A stretch of DNA of 63,893 bases, filler included, from Candidatus Woesearchaeota archaeon (GTDB lineage: Archaea; Nanobdellota; Nanobdellia; Woesearchaeales; DATGWN01), in assembly GCA_047603125.1 (NCBI GenBank). It is 5 parts of 5 records of this genome, joined end to end, with 100 filler letters (N's around TTAATTAATTAA, not from the genome) between each part and the next. Parts side by side here need not be neighbours in the genome. Positions count along the whole stretch, not along the records: positions 57,510 to 63,893 come from JBLKOU010000055.1; 4 more parts are not named here. One strand, given 5' to 3'. The notes below the pieces were generated by a model. That model ran no database searches, had not been told where the DNA came from, and was given only the letters and a program-made list of their open reading frames with translations. The position numbers and the translations under genes were made by a program. Of the stretch, positions 63,825-63,893 are shown piece by piece (the stretch's first letter is position 1; each line of letters begins with the position of its first letter).

Positions 63825-63893
63825 CTATGTTAAACCTCGCATGTTTTTATAGCTTTTCATTTTTTGTTTGTATTTTTCCAAATACCTCTCACA

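Noticed and set aside
57510..63893. Possible provirus suggested by Bro-N and ORF6N genes
   Set aside because: No integrase, capsid, terminase or att site seen, and aglB is adjacent.

Overview
AT-rich archaeal sequence, most likely from a DPANN (Woesearchaeota/Nanobdellota-like) genome bin. The evidence is a divergent archaeal 16S-tRNA-Ala-23S operon, aIF-1A, aEF-1beta, aMBF1, Trm1, AglB, PolB, FtsZ, an archaellin and many class III signal peptide proteins. The window is five contigs joined by artificial N-TTAATTAATTAA-N spacers, so adjacency across spacers is meaningless. Main points: (1) About 13 intergenic copies of what look like several unrelated repeats share one secondary structure (CUU-bulged closing stem, multi-branch junction, GAUU...UGCA motif, GNRA loops). 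The stems are rewritten between copies, and some copies sit inside a MITE with 15-bp TIRs and 9-bp TSDs. This is a candidate undescribed mobile structured-RNA family. (2) A group I intron with a decayed LAGLIDADG gene lies in the 23S rRNA. (3) A modular repertoire of pilin-like proteins carries different C-terminal heads (VWA+HEXXH peptidase, LamG, DUF1566, beta-propeller); two of these genes are split by single-base frameshifts. (4) The rRNA processing stems show no visible bulge-helix-bulge. (5) Bacterial-type LspA and tandem RNase HII/HIII genes are present. All calls were made by eye; no database searches were run.
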